64,000 nt of DNA, from contig OZ220748.1 in NCBI GenBank assembly GCA_965117035.1, positions 3,519,392 to 3,583,391 on the forward strand, given 5' to 3'. Below, one piece after another: positions 60,107 to 64,000 of the stretch. Each line of letters begins with the position of its first letter. The stretch's first letter is position 1. The DNA comes from Dehalococcoidia bacterium (GTDB lineage: Bacteria > Chloroflexota > Dehalococcoidia > Lucifugimonadales > CAZENU01). The notes under the pieces were generated by a model. The model did not search any database, was not told the origin of the DNA, and saw only the letters and a list, made by a program, of their open reading frames with translations. A program made the position numbers and the translations under genes.

Positions 60107-62332
60107 CTACCAGGGCGGCGGAGGCCAGGTGCCCAGGCGGCGCTTGCCGCGGGCGTTGGGGCGGTTCTTCCACCACCGGCGCAGCAGCGCCGCAGACGTG
60201 ATGAACGCGACGATCGTCGCGATGATGCTCCAGCCGAGCACCGCACGCGTCGTGCGCGACAGCGGGGCCGGCGTAGGCGTACGCTCTACCGTCCCGAGCT
60301 GCTGGTTGAGCGCCGTGAACACCCCGCCGCCCCAGGTGCCCGCGTAGAGGACCTGGTCGGTGCCGAAGGCCGGGGACAGCGCGACGTCGAGCACCTCGGT
60401 GACCGCCAGCCCCAGGTTGACCTGCTGCCACGTGTCGCCCGCGTCGGTCGACCGGTAGATGCCTCCGCCCTCGGTGCCGACGAACAGCGTCGAGTCGACC
60501 GGGAAGGCGGGTGAAACGGCAATGGCGACGACGACCGGGTCGCCGAGGCCGCGTATCCTCTGGAACCAGGTGTCTCCGCCGTCGGTGGACCGGAGCACGC
60601 CGTCCTGGGTGGTGCCCGAGAATATCGTCTTGTCGTTGACGAAGTCGGGCGAGATGCTCAGGAGGGAGGTCTGGTTCTGGCCCGCGGTCGGGATGACCCG
60701 GACAGGCTCGCTCGAAGCCTCCCAGGAGTCACCCCCGTCGGTCGACCTGAACGACCCCTGGGACACGGTGCCCACGAACATGATCCGGTCGTTGGCGAAG
60801 TCGGGCGACAGCGCGATCGACCAGACGAACTCGCTGGTCAGACCGCCGCTCTGGATCTTCTGCCACGCATCGCCCCTGTCCGTGGACTTGAAGAGCCCGC
60901 TGCCCGTGGTCCCGGCGAAGACGGTCGAGTCGGAATCGAACGTCGGAGACAGCTTGACGACGTTGACGATGTCGGCCGTGATGCCGACCGATTTGCTCTG
61001 CCACGACTCCGCGCCGTCGTCCGAGCGGAAAACGCCCTCCGACGTCGCGGCGAATATGGTGGGATCGTCCGGGTAGGTGGGGGACAGCGCGATGCTGTAG
61101 ACCGTCACGTGCGGCAGGCCGCGGTTGACCTGCGTCCACGACTTGCCTCCGTCCTGGGACTTGAGGACTCCGCCGCCGGTGGTGCTGGCGAAGAGGGTCT
61201 GGTCGGTTGGGAAGTTCGGCGAGAGCTCGAGCTCGCGTACGAAGGTGCTCGTGCCCTGGGTGGCCTGGAGCCAGGAGAAGCCGCCGTCGGTGGACCGGAA
61301 GACGCCGCCAACCCCGATCCCGGCGAAGATGGTGGAGTCGAACTCGAACGTCGGGGAGATGGCGAGGGCGCGGACGGGGTCGTGGATCGCCCTTCTGCCC
61401 TCGTCCACCTGCTGCCAGGTGAACCCGCCGTCGACAGTCCTGTATACGCTGCCCGATATGCCGGCGAACAGGGTCTTGTCGGTCGCGAAAGTGGCCGACA
61501 GGGCGAGGGCGCGGGCGTTCGACCGCGACGGGTCGGGGTCGACGCGCTCCCACGAGCCGCCGTCGTCCGTCGTCCTGAGGATGCCGCCGCCGACTGTGCC
61601 GACGTAGATCGTCCTGTCGGTCGCGTAGGCGGGGGAGAAGGCGATCTCCAGCACGTTGGTCAGCGGGTTGCCCAGGTCGACCGCGCGCCAATTATCGCCG
61701 CCGTCGTCCGAGCGAAAGAGCTCCCCGCCCCACGCTCCCGCCATCACGATCGAGTCCCGCCCGTAGTCGGAGGACATGCCAAGCGCGACGATGCGGTTGT
61801 CCGTCAGGCCGGTGTTGACCTGCGTCCACGTCTCGCCCGCGTCCGTCGATCGGAAGATGCCCTCGCCGAACGCGCCGGCGAACACGGTACGGCCGGTCTC
61901 GAAGTCTGGTGAGACGGCGAGCGCCTCTACCGCGGCGGTCATGAGGACGGGGTCCTCGGCCTGCGTCCACGACCCGCCGCCGTCCTCCGACTTGAAGACG
62001 CCGTCGCCGGTCGTGCCGGCGAAGAGCGTCTGGTCGGATGCGTAGGCGGGCGATACGACCAGGGCGGGGACGAATCGGCTGGTGAGGCCCTTGTTCGCGC
62101 GGTCCCAGGAGTCGCCGCGGTCGGTCGACTTGAGCACTCCGCCCGATATGCCGGCGAACACGGTGCCGTCCTGCGAGAAGTCGGGAGAGATGGCCATGTC
62201 CCAGACGAAGCCGCTTCGCGGCCCGAGGGACTCCCATCCCACGGGCGCCGGCTCCTGGGCCTGCGCGTGGCCCGCGCCCGCCGCGATGGACGCAACAAGG
62301 GCGGCGGCCGCGAGCAGGAGTTTTCGTATCAT
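60107..62332 (-). CDS. BNR/Asp-box (Ycf48/sortilin-like) multi-blade beta-propeller protein with signal peptide and C-terminal TM anchor
   Basis: Signal peptide ...AGAGHAQA. 13 units of a ~45-aa repeat, each containing S-x-D-x-G-x-(S/T)-W (STDRGDSW, SEDGGGSW, STDAGETW ...). The C-terminal helix VLGWSIIATIVAFITSAALL is followed by RRWWKNRPNARGKRR. Confidence 0.75.
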   Translation of the reverse strand: MIRKLLLAAAALVASIAAGAGHAQAQEPAPVGWESLGPRSGFVWDMAISPDFSQDGTVFAGISGGVLKSTDRGDSWDRANKGLTSRFVPALVVSPAYASDQTLFAGTTGDGVFKSEDGGGSWTQAEDPVLMTAAVEALAVSPDFETGRTVFAGAFGEGIFRSTDAGETWTQVNTGLTDNRIVALGMSSDYGRDSIVMAGAWGGELFRSDDGGDNWRAVDLGNPLTNVLEIAFSPAYATDRTIYVGTVGGGILRTTDDGGSWERVDPDPSRSNARALALSATFATDKTLFAGISGSVYRTVDGGFTWQQVDEGRRAIHDPVRALAISPTFEFDSTIFAGIGVGGVFRSTDGGFSWLQATQGTSTFVRELELSPNFPTDQTLFASTTGGGVLKSQDGGKSWTQVNRGLPHVTVYSIALSPTYPDDPTIFAATSEGVFRSDDGAESWQSKSVGITADIVNVVKLSPTFDSDSTVFAGTTGSGLFKSTDRGDAWQKIQSGGLTSEFVWSIALSPDFANDRIMFVGTVSQGSFRSTDGGDSWEASSEPVRVIPTAGQNQTSLLSISPDFVNDKTIFSGTTQDGVLRSTDGGDTWFQRIRGLGDPVVVAIAVSPAFPVDSTLFVGTEGGGIYRSTDAGDTWQQVNLGLAVTEVLDVALSPAFGTDQVLYAGTWGGGVFTALNQQLGTVERTPTPAPLSRTTRAVLGWSIIATIVAFITSAALLRRWWKNRPNARGKRRLGTWPPPPW

Positions 62333-62395
62333 TGGTTGCCCTTGGTCCGGAGGGTGTGCGGAGCGAAGACGGGGGAGCGGAATGGCGATATGTCC

Positions 62396-62424
62396 ATCAT
62401 ACTTGTTTCGGGGAAGTTGTGCAA
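62396..62424 (-). promoter_or_regulatory. Sigma-70-like promoter for the BNR-repeat gene
   Basis: The minus strand reads TTGCAC-17 nt-TATGAT in a locally AT-rich patch, about 60 nt upstream of ATG 62332. Confidence 0.45.
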
Positions 62425-62538
62425 AATTTCACAGGCAGGCGCTTCCGATTCGGCATGGCGGCATCCCCCGGTGCATGATCGACGAGGCGCCAGCTGCGCT
62501 CGGGGGTCGCGCACGGCGGACGTGGGAACGCGGGAGCG

Positions 62539-63435
62539 TCAGACCGGCAGATCGACCGGATAGCGGTCCATGACCGGGTCGAACTTCGCCCTGAACGCCT
62601 CGTCCGCCTCGACCATCGGCAGCCTCGGCTTGCCGACGTCGAAGCCGGCCCGGTTGACGGCGTGCTTGATCGGCACCGGGTTGGTCACCCAGAACAGCGC
62701 CTTGAAGATCGGGAGCATGCGCCTGTGCTCTTTCGCCGCGCTCTCGACGTCGCCCTCCAGCACCATTCCCATCATGGCCTTGATCTGGTTGCCGATGATG
62801 TTCGAGGCGACGCTCACCACGCCGTAGCCCCCGACGCACATGATCGAGAACGTCTCATCGTCGTTGCCGGACCAGACGTTGAACCCGTCCGGGGCGGCGT
62901 CCACTATCTGCGTGATCTGGACGGGATCGCTGGACGCCTCCTTGACGCCGACGATGTTGTCGACCTCGGCGAGCCGCAGGGTCGTGTCGGCCTCCATGTT
63001 GAGGGAGGTCCTTCCGGGCACGTTGTACAGTATCCCCGGCAGGTCGACGGCCTCCGCGATGGCCCTGAAGTGCTGGAACAGGCCCTCCTGCTGCGGCTTG
63101 TTGTAGGCAGGCACCGTCAGCAGCAGCGCGTCGACTCCGACCGCCTTCGCTTCCCGCGACAGGTTGACGGAGCCACGGTGGTTGTTGTCGGTGGTGCCGG
63201 CGACCACGGAGGCCCGGTCGCCGACCGCCTCCTTGACCTCGGCGAAGAGCCGGACCTTCTCATCGTCGGACATCGAGGGGGACTCGCCGGTCGTTCCCCC
63301 GATCACGAGGCCGTCGCTGCCCGAGTCGACCAGGCCCTGTGCGAGCTTGCGCGCCTGGGCGTAGTCGATCTCGCCCCGTTCGTCGAAGGGCGTCACCATC
63401 GCCGTGAGGAGTCTGCCGATCTCCGCCATGACCAT
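62539..63435 (-). CDS. dapA: 4-hydroxy-tetrahydrodipicolinate synthase
   Basis: TAMVTPF, GTTGESPS, YNVPGRT, and the Schiff-base Lys segment VGVKEAS. Confidence 0.95.
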   Translation of the reverse strand: MVMAEIGRLLTAMVTPFDERGEIDYAQARKLAQGLVDSGSDGLVIGGTTGESPSMSDDEKVRLFAEVKEAVGDRASVVAGTTDNNHRGSVNLSREAKAVGVDALLLTVPAYNKPQQEGLFQHFRAIAEAVDLPGILYNVPGRTSLNMEADTTLRLAEVDNIVGVKEASSDPVQITQIVDAAPDGFNVWSGNDDETFSIMCVGGYGVVSVASNIIGNQIKAMMGMVLEGDVESAAKEHRRMLPIFKALFWVTNPVPIKHAVNRAGFDVGKPRLPMVEADEAFRAKFDPVMDRYPVDLPV

Positions 63436-63463
63436 CGCCTCCTTGCGGTGTCCCGGGTCCGCG

Positions 63464-64000
63464 CTACAGGCTGGCTACCGCCTCTTCCGCCCTTCTCTCG
63501 AACGTCAGCAGGCCTCGGCTGACAAGCTCTTCGGCTATCTGGACCGAGTTCAGGGCGGCGCCCTTGCGCAGGTTGTCGCTCGAAAGCCAGAGCGCGAGCC
63601 CCCTCGGGTGGGATACGTCCCTGCGGATGCGTCCCACGAGAACGTCGTCCTCGCCCTCCGCGTCGACGGGCATCGGGTAGACGCCGCCGGCGGGATCATC
63701 CAGGACCCGTACGCCCGGCGCCTCCGCGAGCGCCAGCCGGGCATCCTCCGCCGTCACGGCGTTCTCGAACTCGATCTGCACCGCTTCGCTGTGACCCACG
63801 GACACGGGGACGCGGACGCACGTGGCCGAGACCCGGAGGTCCGGCTCGTGCAGGATCTTCCTGGTCTCGTCGACCATCTTCGCCTCTTCGGTCGTGTAGC
63901 CGTCGTCCCGGAAGGTCTCCACCTGCGGGAGGACGTTGAAGGCTATCTGGTGGGGCAGGGCGTGGGCTTCGGCGGCCCGGCCGTCGAGCGTCTCGGCCGA
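63464..64000 (-). CDS. asd: Aspartate-semialdehyde dehydrogenase (C-terminal part; 5' end beyond window)
   Basis: EEAKMVDETRKIL, SATCVRVPV..GHS, DNLRKGAALNSVQIAE. The frame stays open to the window edge upstream of the track's ATG at 63922. Confidence 0.9.
   Translation of the reverse strand, partial: SAETLDGRAAEAHALPHQIAFNVLPQVETFRDDGYTTEEAKMVDETRKILHEPDLRVSATCVRVPVSVGHSEAVQIEFENAVTAEDARLALAEAPGVRVLDDPAGGVYPMPVDAEGEDDVLVGRIRRDVSHPRGLALWLSSDNLRKGAALNSVQIAEELVSRGLLTFERRAEEAVASL

Overview
This is a GC-rich bacterial chromosomal window, densely coding on both strands. I count about 60 credible protein genes and 2 tRNAs. There is no rRNA, no CRISPR array, and no transposase or integrase. Because of the GC content, the six-frame track is full of long shadow ORFs. 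I kept only frames with recognisable family motifs, sensible starts or RBS, and operon logic. All product names come from reading motifs by eye; no database search was run.

Content in order:
- a livJHMGF-type ABC importer
- an HTH gene and a repeat-filled gap
- lexA with SOS boxes
- a fused double amidohydrolase and an aldehyde dehydrogenase
- an A-type Fe-S carrier plus ygfZ
- a 90-bp x4 tandem array
- a FAS-II-like operon (MaoC hot-dog pair, fabG, a nucleotidyltransferase-fold gene, fabL)
- DUF1761 and a TPR lipoprotein
- a tightly packed minus-strand string (zinc-ribbon GT-C glycosyltransferase, SDR, folC, fabF, MDR reductase)
- two giant paralogous NHL-propeller / Pro-Thr-linker surface proteins, each head-to-head with a glycan gene (GT-C; DegT aminotransferase)
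- a catabolic block (D-Thr-aldolase-like enzyme, two CE7 esterase paralogs, HpcH aldolase, methyltransferase)
- a 128-bp x9 tandem hairpin array
- enolase-superfamily enzymes
- higBA, a GH-like propeller, tRNA-Pro, and a retropepsin-like two-gene module
- a divergent ECF sigma / ZAS anti-sigma pair
- variant System I ccmC-(Calx-beta::ccmD)-ccmE
- a SelA-like PLP enzyme, family-5 UDG, and a split amidohydrolase pair
- ADH, SDR, tRNA-Thr, purA
- a 13-blade BNR-type anchored protein, dapA, and asd (partial)

Best candidates for something undescribed:
1. The GT-C / NHL / DegT / NHL locus, whose giant proteins share a conserved C-terminal GGGC + TM + Arg-rich tail that looks like an unassigned sorting signal.
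2. Families of structured repeats: 128/139-bp long-hairpin arrays, a 90-bp array, MITE-like elements with TIRs and target-site duplications, and a hairpin with covarying stems.
3. A TATCCACTA-type AT-rich element upstream of fatty-acid genes.
4. A signal peptide-Calx-beta::CcmD fusion next to a CxxxY CcmE.
5. A translationally coupled retropepsin-like module beside tRNA-Pro.

Gene content and repeat style suggest a Chloroflexota-like aerobic heterotroph. That is a low-confidence inference.
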